A DNA stretch of 64,000 bases from Dehalococcoidia bacterium (GCA_965208395.1 CBDBON010000002.1:532010-596009), one strand, 5' to 3'. Positions 19,810 through 29,367 are shown, counted from the stretch's first letter. Notes: generated by a model not told the origin, from the sequence alone. Numbers and translations: made by a program.

Positions 19810-21375
19810 ATGCTTGCTACAAGCCAACATAGAGATGTCGCTGCGATAGAGGGCACCGAACTGGGGGAACTGCCCAGCAGATGGGTGACCGCTGCACTCG
19901 GAGAGGTCTGTCTCGTAATTCAAGGCCAATCCCCGCCCGGCAAGACCTACAACACCAACGGGGTAGGGCTGCCATTCCTTCAGGGAAAGGCAGAATTTGG
20001 AAAAACATACCCGATAGCTACAAAGTGGTGTTCTGCTCCGTCCAAGATGGCCGAGCCGGACGATGTGCTGATTTCAATTCGGGCACCAGTCGGCCCGACG
20101 AACCTCTGCGCTGTTGAATCTTGTATCGGCAGAGGCTTGGCAGCCATCAGAACTCAGGGGGGTATACCTTCCAAGTACGTCCTCTATGCTATGCGAGCCA
20201 CGGAGGAGGAACTGCGTGCCAGTGCGACCGGCACCACCTTTGAGGCCATTCGTGGCAATGACTTGAGGTCGCATCCTCTATCCCTCGCCCCTCTCGCCGA
20301 GCAGCGCCGCATCGTAGCCGAAATCGAAAAGCAGTTCGCCCGCCTCGATGCATCTGTGGCGTCGCTCAAGCGGGTCCAGGCCAACCTGAGACGCTACCGG
20401 GCCAGCGTCCTCAAGTCTGCCTGCGAGGGCAGGCTGGTTCCGATAGAGGCGGAGCTTGCCCGCACCGAGGGCCGGGACTACGAGCACGCCTCCGTCCTGC
20501 TGGAGCGCGTCCTTGCCGAACGCCGCACCCGGTGGGAATCCCAATCCAAGCGCCGCGGCAAGTACAAGGAGCCCATGGGGCCGGATACGTCGGACCTGCC
20601 GGAGCTGCCGGAGGGATGGACGTGGGCGACGGCTGCTCAACTTGGAGAAGTGCGCTTGGGACGGCAGCGATCACCCAAGAGAGCGACGGGGCCTCACATG
20701 CGTCCGTATCTGCGTGCAGCCAATGTCACCTGGGATGGGATCGACCTGTCCGACGTTAAGGAGATGGACTTTGATCCGCGAGAGTATGAAATCTATCGGC
20801 TGCGCCGAGGGGATATCCTGTTGGCAGAAGCGTCCGGTAGTGCAGATGAGGTTGGAAAGCCAGCAATATGGGCTGACCAGATTGATGGCTGCTGCTTTCA
20901 GAACACGCTCATACGCGTCAGGGCCTTTCCGACCGTAGCGCCGTACCTGTTCTATCACCTGCTTTCTGACGCTCGGACTGGAGCTCTTGGGAGGGCAGCG
21001 AGAGGGGTGGGCATTCACCACTTGGGTGCTCAACGAACGGAGTCCTGGGTCGTCGCTCTCCCCCCACTTGCCGAGCAGCACCGCATCGTCGTCGAGGTTG
21101 ACCGCCGCCTGTCCGTCATCCAGCAGGCCGAGTCCACCGTCGAGGCCAACCTCACACGAGCCGAGCGGCTGCGGCAGAGCATCCTGAAGCGGGCGTTCTC
21201 CGGCAGGCTGGTTCCCCAGAACCCCAACGACGAACCGGCATCGGCGCTATTGAAGCGCATCCGCGCTGAACGCGAGGAAGCCGAGGCCGCAGCCAGCTCC
21301 AACGGCAGGCCAAGGCGAAGCCGGTCAAGGAAGTCCACTAGGCCGCAACACTCCGGTAGTGAGGTATCACCATGA
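19810..21375 (+). CDS. hsdS: Type I R-M specificity subunit (two target-recognition domains)
   Basis: Duplicated architecture with conserved central and distal helices (LAEQRRIVAEIEKQFARLD and LAEQHRIVVEVDRRLSVIQ). Confidence 0.85.
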   Translation: MLATSQHRDVAAIEGTELGELPSRWVTAALGEVCLVIQGQSPPGKTYNTNGVGLPFLQGKAEFGKTYPIATKWCSAPSKMAEPDDVLISIRAPVGPTNLCAVESCIGRGLAAIRTQGGIPSKYVLYAMRATEEELRASATGTTFEAIRGNDLRSHPLSLAPLAEQRRIVAEIEKQFARLDASVASLKRVQANLRRYRASVLKSACEGRLVPIEAELARTEGRDYEHASVLLERVLAERRTRWESQSKRRGKYKEPMGPDTSDLPELPEGWTWATAAQLGEVRLGRQRSPKRATGPHMRPYLRAANVTWDGIDLSDVKEMDFDPREYEIYRLRRGDILLAEASGSADEVGKPAIWADQIDGCCFQNTLIRVRAFPTVAPYLFYHLLSDARTGALGRAARGVGIHHLGAQRTESWVVALPPLAEQHRIVVEVDRRLSVIQQAESTVEANLTRAERLRQSILKRAFSGRLVPQNPNDEPASALLKRIRAEREEAEAAASSNGRPRRSRSRKSTRPQHSGSEVSP

Positions 21376-22874
21376 CCACATCCTCCTCCGTTGGCCAGAA
21401 GCTGTGGAACTACTGCAATATCCTGCGCGACGCCGGGCTGTCCTACGGCGACTACCTAGAGCAGCTCACCTACCTCATCTTCCTCAAGATGATGGACGAA
21501 CGCAGCCGTCCGCCCTTCTCCGACCTGCCCGATTACAAGCCGCCGCCCATCCCCGAAGGCTACGGCTGGCCCAGCCTGCTGGCGCGAGAGGGCGAAGAGT
21601 TGGAGACCCACTATCGCAACACCCTTGAGACCCTGGCCCGACAGCCGGGCACCCTCGGCGTCATCTTCCGCAAGGCCCAGAACCGCATCCAGGAGCCTGC
21701 GATGCTCACCAGGCTGATTAAGGAGTTGATCGACAGGGAGAACTGGTCGGCCTTGAGCGCCGACGTAAAGGGCGACGCCTACGAATCGCTGCTGGAGCGC
21801 AACGCCCAGGATGTGAAGACAGGAGCGGGGCAGTATTTCACGCCGCGCCCGCTGATACAGGTCATCGTGGATGTGATGCGGCCGAAGCCGGACACCACCA
21901 TCTGCGACCCCGCCTGCGGCACCGGCGGATTCCTGCTGGCGGCCCATGACTACATCGTGCGTCATCACCCCATGGACCATGGTCAGAAGGAGCACCTGAA
22001 GAACGGCGCGCTGCACGGATGGGAGATCGTGGACAGTGCCGCCCGGCTCGGCGTCATGAACCTGTACCTTCGCGACATCGGAGGGGACAAGACGAACATC
22101 AAGGTTGACGACAGCCTCCGAAGCTATCCGGGCGTCAACTTCGACATGGTGCTGACCAATCCGCCCTTTGGGCGCAAGTCCAGCCTCACCTTCGTCAACT
22201 CCGAGTGCGACGCCGAGCGGGAGAAAGACCCTGCCGTTGATCGCCCCGACTTCTGGGCCACCACGAGCAACAAGCAACTCAGCTTCCTCCAGCACGTGAA
22301 GTCCATACTGAAGCTTCACGGGAGGGCGGCCATAGTCGTGCCCGACAACGTGCTGTTCGAGGGCGGGGCCGGGGAGACCGTGCGCAGGAAGCTGCTGGCG
22401 GAGTGCGACGTGCACACCCTGCTGCGGCTGCCCACCGGCGTCTTCTACGCCCAAGGAGTCAAGGCCAACGTCCTCTTCTTCGACCGCAAACCCGCCAGCG
22501 AGACCCCTTGGACACGCGAACTGTGGATATACGACCTGCGCACCAACCGCCGCTTCACCCTGAAGGCCAATCCATTGGCCCGGGCCGACCTAGACGACTT
22601 CGTGGCCTGCTATAACCCGGAAGCTCAACAACAACGGCAAGAGACCGAACGCTTCCACAGGTTCAGCTACGAGGAACTGATGAATCGGGACAAGGTGAAC
22701 CTGGACGTATTCTGGCTGCGGGACGAGAGCATCGAGGACACGGCGAACCTTCCGCCCCCGGACGAGATCGCCGAGGAGATCGTGGAGGACTTGCGCGCCG
22801 CCCTAGAGCAGTTGGAGGAGATTGCGGCGGACCTGTCGCCGGAGACGGTGCCGCTGGAGAGACAGGTTCGTTGA
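21372..22874 (+). CDS. hsdM: Type I R-M N6-adenine DNA methyltransferase subunit
   Basis: HsdM N-terminal block (LWNYCNILRD..YLEQLTYLIFLKM), SAM motif DPACGTGGF and catalytic NPPFG. Its start overlaps the hsdS stop. Confidence 0.9.
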   Translation: MTTSSSVGQKLWNYCNILRDAGLSYGDYLEQLTYLIFLKMMDERSRPPFSDLPDYKPPPIPEGYGWPSLLAREGEELETHYRNTLETLARQPGTLGVIFRKAQNRIQEPAMLTRLIKELIDRENWSALSADVKGDAYESLLERNAQDVKTGAGQYFTPRPLIQVIVDVMRPKPDTTICDPACGTGGFLLAAHDYIVRHHPMDHGQKEHLKNGALHGWEIVDSAARLGVMNLYLRDIGGDKTNIKVDDSLRSYPGVNFDMVLTNPPFGRKSSLTFVNSECDAEREKDPAVDRPDFWATTSNKQLSFLQHVKSILKLHGRAAIVVPDNVLFEGGAGETVRRKLLAECDVHTLLRLPTGVFYAQGVKANVLFFDRKPASETPWTRELWIYDLRTNRRFTLKANPLARADLDDFVACYNPEAQQQRQETERFHRFSYEELMNRDKVNLDVFWLRDESIEDTANLPPPDEIAEEIVEDLRAALEQLEEIAADLSPETVPLERQVR

Positions 22875-23039
22875 CGAAGATGCGCCTTTCGCTTGCGAGA
22901 AGCCCCATGCCTGGCTCCGACCTAGTGGAACGCCTACAACCTGACTGCTCTTCGCTGTCGAGAAGGTGCAATAGAGGGAATGGACGAGGGACGAGCGTAG
23001 GCGTCGGGGACTTCTGCGCGTGGGTTCGGAGGCTAAGTA

Positions 23040-24287
23040 ATGGGCTGGATTAGGCAAACAGTCCCCCTTGCGGCGGCTATGGTTCTCATGGCGGGCGTTC
23101 TCTCGTGCGGCGACGGCACGGAGCCCGTGCTGCTGGCCACTGAGGGCGCCTACCACCCCTTCAACTTCATCGACGACGACGGCGAGATAGACGGGTTGGA
23201 GCGCGAGCTAGGCGACGAGCTGTGCCGCAGGGCCGAGCTTCAGTGCGAGTGGTTGCTGAACGACTGGGAGTCCATGATCCCGGACCTGGTAGCTGGGGAG
23301 TTCGACGCCATCATCGCCGGTATGAGCATCACCGATGAGCGCGATGAAACCATCGACTTCACCGAGCCGTACTACCCTCCCACGCCTTCCGTCTACCTCG
23401 CGCTTGCGGACGCGGGCGACGAGGCGGTTCAGGGTCGGCTGGGAGCCTACGCCAACACCATCTACTCGGACTACTTCACGGAGCGAGGCATCCCGTACAC
23501 CGAATTCAGCAGCGAGGAGGAACGAATCGAGGCGCTGCTCAACGGCGACATCGACGCGAGCCTCGTGGACCACGCCTACGCCGTGGATAAGCTTGCGGAG
23601 CATGAGGGTCGGCTGACCGTCGTCGGCCCTTCCGTGCTGCTTGACCGGGGCATAGGCATTGGTGTGCGCGAGGACAACGACCTGCTTGAGAAGCTGAACT
23701 CAGCGCTGGCCTCCATGAAGACCGACGGCTCTCTGAACACCTTGATAGTCAAGTGGATCGGAGAGGACGCGCCGACATTCAGTGAAGCCTCGACGTCGTC
23801 CCCGGTGCCAGTACCGACCGTCACGCCCGCCCCTCTTCCTGCGTCCACGGCGACTCTAGGAGTGGGCAGGGATAGAGAGGCTGTGCCCTCAATTCCACAG
23901 GGGTATCTTGAATACAGTGGACGCCTTTATCCAGGTTGGAGGGGTAGTTATTGCTGGCCAGTAAGTGCGGACAGCACCGTCTGTTCCGAAAGCGCAGGAT
24001 GGCGTGATTTTGACACTGCTCCCACAGTCCGAGTCATCCGAGGGGATGGAGTCAAGATTGTTGTTTCAGACGAAGACCCGAGTCCAGAACAGGTGCAGCT
24101 TGCGATGTACCCTGTCACGGCAACAAAACCTGTGCTGAGGTGGGGAGAGGAAGTCTATTCGACTGACGTAGCGGAAGCTGAAGCTCATGCACCTGACATC
24201 CCAGAGGGCATTTATTTCGTCCATGTGTTCATAAAGTTCCACGTAGGAGATGTTTCCTACGGTTTCAAGGTGGAGATCGTTCACTGA
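23040..24287 (+). CDS. Family-3 solute-binding lipoprotein (amino-acid ABC type) with an unknown ~150-aa C-terminal extension
   Basis: Lipobox MAGVLSC|G. The block GAYHPFNF..DGLERELGDELC..DAIIAGMSITDERDETIDFTEPYY is typical of polar amino-acid binding proteins. A PVP-rich linker precedes an extra domain. Confidence 0.7.
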   Translation: MGWIRQTVPLAAAMVLMAGVLSCGDGTEPVLLATEGAYHPFNFIDDDGEIDGLERELGDELCRRAELQCEWLLNDWESMIPDLVAGEFDAIIAGMSITDERDETIDFTEPYYPPTPSVYLALADAGDEAVQGRLGAYANTIYSDYFTERGIPYTEFSSEEERIEALLNGDIDASLVDHAYAVDKLAEHEGRLTVVGPSVLLDRGIGIGVREDNDLLEKLNSALASMKTDGSLNTLIVKWIGEDAPTFSEASTSSPVPVPTVTPAPLPASTATLGVGRDREAVPSIPQGYLEYSGRLYPGWRGSYCWPVSADSTVCSESAGWRDFDTAPTVRVIRGDGVKIVVSDEDPSPEQVQLAMYPVTATKPVLRWGEEVYSTDVAEAEAHAPDIPEGIYFVHVFIKFHVGDVSYGFKVEIVH

Positions 24288-24402
24288 ACAGCCTTCCATC
24301 GCCGAAGTCCAAGAGAAGTAGGATACAGGCAACCGGGAGGGGCATAGCTGAATATATGCCCCTCCCGTGGCGTAGCGACCCGGCGCGCCTGCACTGACCG
24401 GT

Positions 24403-25572
24403 TCAAGCAGCTCCCGCGGCCGACTGACGTAGCAGGGCGGAGTAGCTTGGGGCCACCACGTGGTCCACCGACACCCTCCCCGTGCCGTCGTACCCGGCCC
24501 GGAAGGCGTACTCCACCTCGGCTCCCCAGGGCACGCGCCCGCCGACGCGCACCGCGCCGCCCCTGGACGTGCCGTCTCTCCCGCGTGCGCCGTGCACCAC
24601 CATGCCGCTGCGCTCGCCCTTCTTCCAGCCGAGCACCTTCATCGCCACAGGCATCACCCGCTCCGGATCCTGCCGCTTCTGGAACAGCGCCCCGTGCAGC
24701 TTGCGCAGCACAACGGCCGACGGGCTGCGCTGGCCGTTCATGATCTGGGAGAGGTGGCCGGAGCTGATGCCCGCCCTGCGCGCCACCTCGTTCTGGCTGA
24801 CCCCGATGGCGTCCATCTGATCCCAGATGAACTGCCGGTCGATGTCGGGGCACCGGGCGGACGCTACCTTCGCCCGTCCACCAAGCACGGCCTCGACCTT
24901 GGCCTGGAGCTTCACCCCCATGCACTTGTGACCGCGCGCCACCTGGCTCAGGTACCCTGCGGACACGCCGACCATCTTGGCAAGCTCCTTCATGCTGATG
25001 CCGAGTGCGCGTGCGGCTTCCCGGATGAAGCTGCTGGCGTCGCCGTTCACGACCTCTCCCTGGCGGTTGGCGAGTTTGGCGGGGGCGACCCTGGCTGCCA
25101 CCCCAAGCACGGACTCGATCTGGGCCTGCGCCTTCACGCCCATGGTCCTGCGGCCCTTCGCTACCTGGGTGAGATACGAGTAACTCACGCCCGACCGGTC
25201 GGACAGCTCCAGCATGGTCATACCCATCGCCCTAGCGGTCTCTCGGATGAAATTGCTCTCGCCAGTCACTTCCTCGTTCTGTCGGTAGACGACGCCCTGT
25301 CCTGGGACCTCGCCCAGGATGGCGATGGCCTTCTCCCGCAGGCTGGGGGTCCAGGGCTTCTTGCCCGTGCCCACCTGGGACAGGTGGCTCGCGCTAACGC
25401 CCATCAGGGCCGCCAGTTCCTTCACGGTGAGGCCCTTCTTCCTGGCAGCAGCCCTGAGCTCGCTCTCGGGCCTGCCCACGCGCTCGGCGGTCGCTGCCGC
25501 ATTCGTCCGTGTGTCCGTCGTCTTCGTCGGGTTGGTCGTGGTCGTGGTCGTGGTTGTGGTTGCCGTCGTCAT
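24403..25572 (-). CDS. Protein with four tandem XRE-type HTH domains and an N-terminal poly-Thr tract
   Basis: Repeats: LTVKELAALMGVSASHLSQVGTGKK, MTMLELSDRSGVSYSYLTQVAKGRR, ISMKELAKMVGVSAGYLSQVARGHK, VSQNEVARRAGISSGHLSQIMNGQR. N-terminus MTTATTTTTTTTTNPTKTT. Confidence 0.7.
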   Translation of the reverse strand: MTTATTTTTTTTTNPTKTTDTRTNAAATAERVGRPESELRAAARKKGLTVKELAALMGVSASHLSQVGTGKKPWTPSLREKAIAILGEVPGQGVVYRQNEEVTGESNFIRETARAMGMTMLELSDRSGVSYSYLTQVAKGRRTMGVKAQAQIESVLGVAARVAPAKLANRQGEVVNGDASSFIREAARALGISMKELAKMVGVSAGYLSQVARGHKCMGVKLQAKVEAVLGGRAKVASARCPDIDRQFIWDQMDAIGVSQNEVARRAGISSGHLSQIMNGQRSPSAVVLRKLHGALFQKRQDPERVMPVAMKVLGWKKGERSGMVVHGARGRDGTSRGGAVRVGGRVPWGAEVEYAFRAGYDGTGRVSVDHVVAPSYSALLRQSAAGAA

Positions 25573-26503
25573 GTCGCTTCCTCCTGTGAATGAAGAAGCG
25601 GGACGGCCGCCACCCCCCGTGGGGCGGAGACAGTCCCGCTGTGAATTGGCGTCCCGAATGGCCGGGACTGTCTCCGTGGGTATTGGTTTTTGCTGGCAAA
25701 GAGAAGGACCGCCTCCCCTGCGAGGGAAGCGGCCCTGTGTTCGCCAACTGCTATGTGGGCCTTGCGTGCGAGAGCCGGGGCATGAATGCTGTCGAAGCCG
25801 ACTCCGACGCCCTTGACCTCGCCTACCGATTACTCAACGTGCATAAGCGCCTCCTTGTGGTTGTTGTTGACCCGCCCGGCATCCAGGGCGCGGTTTGCGT
25901 GTGCTGATTTCGATTGACGAATGACGCACTCCACCCACGGTCGGATGCCGGACGCGGGGACGAAGCGGACGAGAAGACGCAGTTCGGTCCCAGGTCCACG
26001 TCACGGGAGGAGCGACCGAGTGGGGGAGAACTGCGAGACGTGGTGCGGCCAACCTACTTGAAACCGTGGATCGGCGCGGTGATGAAGCGACGCAGTCCAG
26101 CGAGGTCGCGCAGGACGGCGTGCGTGGAACCTGCGACCCAACCGCGTGACGATTGCGCCGCAGCATGAGGACTAGCCGGGGCGCTGGGCGCACTCCGACC
26201 AGGGTGTCCTAGGGGTTGAAGCGAAACGCGCCTCAGCCGCTGCGAATGTGTCCCTCCGGGGCGGCCTTCGGGAGAGCGCGATGCTCGATCCCTCCGGTCT
26301 GACCCCCTGGGTGGCCTTCAGAGAGCGCGGTGCTCGATCCTACGCAGCCGGTCCCGGATTCGGGGGACGGGAACCCTCCAGGTTTCTCGGCATGAAACAA
26401 CTGGAAAAGCCTGAAACTGACTCCATTATTGCCGAACAACTGAGCGGATGGAAGGGTTTGGCGTCACCTGCGCCCAAAGTGTTCTGTCCAGTTCATGAAA
26501 ACC

Positions 26504-27385
26504 CTAAGCGCGCCGCCCCGGCCACCAGCGGCTTCGCCACAGGCCGCACGTGAGCGCCTTCCACAGCAGGTATCTCCAGGCCAGCGCCCTGCGGACATCG
26601 ACGAGGGTGTCCCTGCGCCAGTTGAACTGGGAGCTTCGGTAGAGTCCGTGCAGCGGCTCCGTCTCCGGCGGAAGGGTCATCCCGTACTCTTCGAGCAGGG
26701 CCACCTCCAGGCTACGGACCCGCGCCTCGGTCTCCAGCCAGGCCAGGCCCTTGCCTGTGCCCACGTGCCCCGCCTTCCATATTTCGCGCCACTCCTCGAT
26801 GAGGGGCCACGCCTCGCCGAAGACCTCCTCGTCGTCGGGCGCGGGCTCCTTGGTCACCAGCTCGGGATACAGCCGCTTCGGGTACCTGGCCCTCGCCGAC
26901 GGCTTGTCCGTCGCCGGGGCCTCCTCCAGCGCGTCTCCGGTTGCGTCCTGGGCCTCCGTCGGTCCCGTCGTGGACTCTCGCTGGGCTTCCGCACGCGACA
27001 GCCTCTTCTCGATCTTCGCTAACGCCCCGCTCTGCTCCTCACACAGGACTTTCACCTCGCCTTTGACGGCGTCCAGACCCTCGTGCAGCTCTTTCGCCAA
27101 CCCCTCCACCCGACGCTCCAGCGCGTCGTGACGCTTCCGCTGACGGGCGACGGACGAACCCACCCCATCCCGGAGGCCCCGCTCCAGGGCTTCCCTGAGC
27201 CGCCACGTCATTCCGCCGCCATCCATGCAGGCACCCACGGTCCGCCGGTCTATCCCCAGCGCCCGCGCCGCTCCCTTACGGCTCCCTTCTCTTCGCACCA
27301 CCTCGTGCAGCAGGGCCATGAGGCGATTGACGTGCTCCTCCTCGACGTCTCCCTCTTCGGTTATGACCTTCTCACTCGCTTCCAT
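26504..27385 (-). CDS. Island regulator-like protein (N-terminal HTH-like segment, charged middle, W-rich C-terminus)
   Basis: 293 aa. The segment GSRKGAARALGIDRRTVGACMDGG is HTH-like. SD GGAGGAGGG is upstream. A degraded paralogue lies at 28579..29282. Confidence 0.5.
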   Translation of the reverse strand: MEASEKVITEEGDVEEEHVNRLMALLHEVVRREGSRKGAARALGIDRRTVGACMDGGGMTWRLREALERGLRDGVGSSVARQRKRHDALERRVEGLAKELHEGLDAVKGEVKVLCEEQSGALAKIEKRLSRAEAQRESTTGPTEAQDATGDALEEAPATDKPSARARYPKRLYPELVTKEPAPDDEEVFGEAWPLIEEWREIWKAGHVGTGKGLAWLETEARVRSLEVALLEEYGMTLPPETEPLHGLYRSSQFNWRRDTLVDVRRALAWRYLLWKALTCGLWRSRWWPGRRA

Positions 27386-27399
27386 CAGTCCCTCCTCCG

Positions 27400-27591
27400 G
27401 TACAACATGTACCCGTTTTGTACACGGCTTGCCGATCCTCTGAGGTGTACAACATGTACCGCTTCAGCTACGGACGATGTACCACCCCGTCGCAACCGGT
27501 CCCTGACAAAAAGTGTTCGCTTTTCACGCCCTGTAGGGGCTGCTTTCCCCCTGTTCCAGCTTTGAAAACCGCCCAGATGTACAACATGTAC
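27400..27591. promoter_or_regulatory. Three exact copies of GTACAACATGTAC in the divergent control region upstream of 26504..27385
   Basis: Exact 13-mers at 27400-27412, 27447-27459 and 27579-27591, with an ACATGT palindromic centre. The first is 15 nt from the start codon. Confidence 0.45.
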
Positions 27592-27633
27592 ACGGACGCG
27601 TTTTCCTGTACTACCCCATGACATCACGGGAGG

Positions 27634-27835
27634 CCCCGTGGCGGGGTATCCCCTGGAAGGGGCTATCACGAATGAAACGGTTGCACGGATGAAGACCCCT
27701 TCCGAGGGATAACGCTCGTCTCTCCCATAGCCCACGCTGGTTGGAGAAAGCCAGTTGCAGTTCGGGCAGTCCTTTGATTCCCAACTCGAACGCCGGGCAA
27801 TCGACGCGACGAGAGTGGCAACCTTGAAAGAAGCC
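27634..27835 (+). other. Candidate structured leader/ncRNA, copy 1 (two hairpins, conserved core, TTGAAAGAAGCC)
   Basis: Hairpins CCCCG-tgg-CGGGG (27634-27646) and CCCC-tggaa-GGGG (27650-27662). Core GAATGAAACGGTTGCACGGATGAAGACCCCTTCCGAGGGATAACGCTCG (27670-27718). Homologous to 29783-30017. Confidence 0.3.
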
Positions 27836-28578
27836 GAGAACCAAACAGAATCAGAGAACAGTGGCCGGGCCATCTCCGAGTTCGGCGCGGCAACCAGCGA
27901 CTTCAACCCCGGCCCCGACGCGGAGGGCCGCCTCCGCCGTAACCGGCGACGGTGACAGCGCGACTGGCGATAGTGCGCAGGCGGCCACAACTGCGGCCCA
28001 CCCGTGCCTGTTCCCGCGCTTCTCACTGTCAGGCCAGAGATGACTGACGAGGCTAGGTGGCACACGTGGCAGGGCGGAACGTCTGGGACGTGAGCCAGCC
28101 AAAGGGACGCGCGAAGGGGACGAAGTGGGTTTGGGACGAGCAATCTGGCCCGGGAGTTGGTACTGACGGGGAGAAACAGCCAGACGTGCAGCGGCCAGCC
28201 TGCTCATGGACACAGGCAGCCGGGCGCGTGTCGGAACTGCGGTGCGACCGACTGCGTCAGCCATCACGCAGACATGCTGAACCGGTCGATGCGACAAGCG
28301 CCAACTTCGACCAGTTTGCCGGGGACGAGGCGCGGAAGGCGCACCCGTTCCCTTGGCCCGACGGAGAGGCGATCAACCCCAGCCGTCAGACCGGTGTCCA
28401 GCGGGTGAAGGACCAACGTCAAACTCCAACCCTCTGGACGGGACCGAGAACGGAGGCCCTTGCGTCAACTCCGTCGGTTCGGCCCGCACTGGTTGCGAAG
28501 GACCCAACGTCAAACTCCGCATTGCCAGCATTCCCTCTTGGGCGAAGCCCGTGCAACAGGGATCACGCACCCGGGTTT

Positions 28579-29282
28579 CTATGGTCGGAAACCCTGGAGA
28601 AAGCCAAACAGTGAAGTCATCATAGCCGATCTGTGAGGCCGAAAAGACCCCCTGCGTGCCCCCACCCCGGAAATTGCCCAAAGCGACCTGCACAACGTAA
28701 CGCCGGACGACCACGACTGCGTCCACAACCTCAGCGTGAGCGCCCGCCACCGGACGATGAGCGTCCAAGCCTCGCCGAATACCTCCTCGTTGTCATTGGC
28801 GGGCTCAATGGTCACTAGGTCGAGATACTTGCGCCGGGTCAAGGACTCCGACGGAGGATTTTTCTCCCGTCCTGACGCTCCGCTCCGTCTCCCCCTTCAT
28901 CAGCGCCTTGCTGGGAAGGAACGGCGTGGGCGTGAGCGCCCCCGGTCATCTTCGCCCCCATGAAGTCGTCCTGCCCCAGGGACTCCACCTCATTCTCTAG
29001 CACCCCCAACCGTTCCTCCAAGGCGTCGTTGGGCTCCCGCTGGCGGACCGCCGTAGAACCCACGCCCTACCGCAAAGCCCGCTCCAGGGCCTCCCGCATA
29101 CGCCGCGACAGCCTTCCCGTCCTTGCGCTCTCGGCCACCGTGCGCTGGTCGATCTCCAGCGCCCGCGCAGCGCCCCTGTACCCGCGCTCCCGCACCAGCT
29201 CTTGCAGCAACGTCATGAGCCGCATGTGGTACATGTTCTCCACGTCTTTGCTGTCCTCAATGCCGTGTCCGGTGGTCTTCAT
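28579..29282 (-). pseudogene. Degraded paralogue of the 26504..27385 regulator (split over three frames)
   Basis: ORFs 29067..29282 (..RGYRGAARALEIDQRTVAESARTG..REALERAL), 28839..29063 and 28579..28842 (..EPANDNEEVFGEAWTLI..) are collinear with the 293-aa protein (..KGAARALGIDRRTV.., ..EPAPDDEEVFGEAWPLI..). Confidence 0.55.
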
Positions 29283-29367
29283 GGCAATGTCCTCCTCCTC
29301 AAGAAATTCGTCTCAGCTGTGAATTCCGCCAAGTCCGTGTTTTCTGCGATGTCGCACCCCGCGTAAC

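Noticed and set aside
21456-22454. 332-aa ORF antisense to hsdM
   Set aside because: It is a shadow ORF. The hsdM frame carries DPACGTGGF and NPPFG.
24460-25593. 377-aa plus-strand ORF opposite the four-HTH gene
   Set aside because: The minus-strand frame shows four clean HTH repeats. The plus frame is a high-GC shadow.
25590-26500. Short ORFs in the gap between the four-HTH gene and the regulator
   Set aside because: They have no motifs, no RBS and conflicting overlaps, so the region is treated as non-coding or decayed.
27955-28579. ORFs 28057..28614 and 27851..28297 as genes
   Set aside because: There is no recognisable domain, they overlap on opposite strands, and the region looks like decayed sequence between the two module copies.
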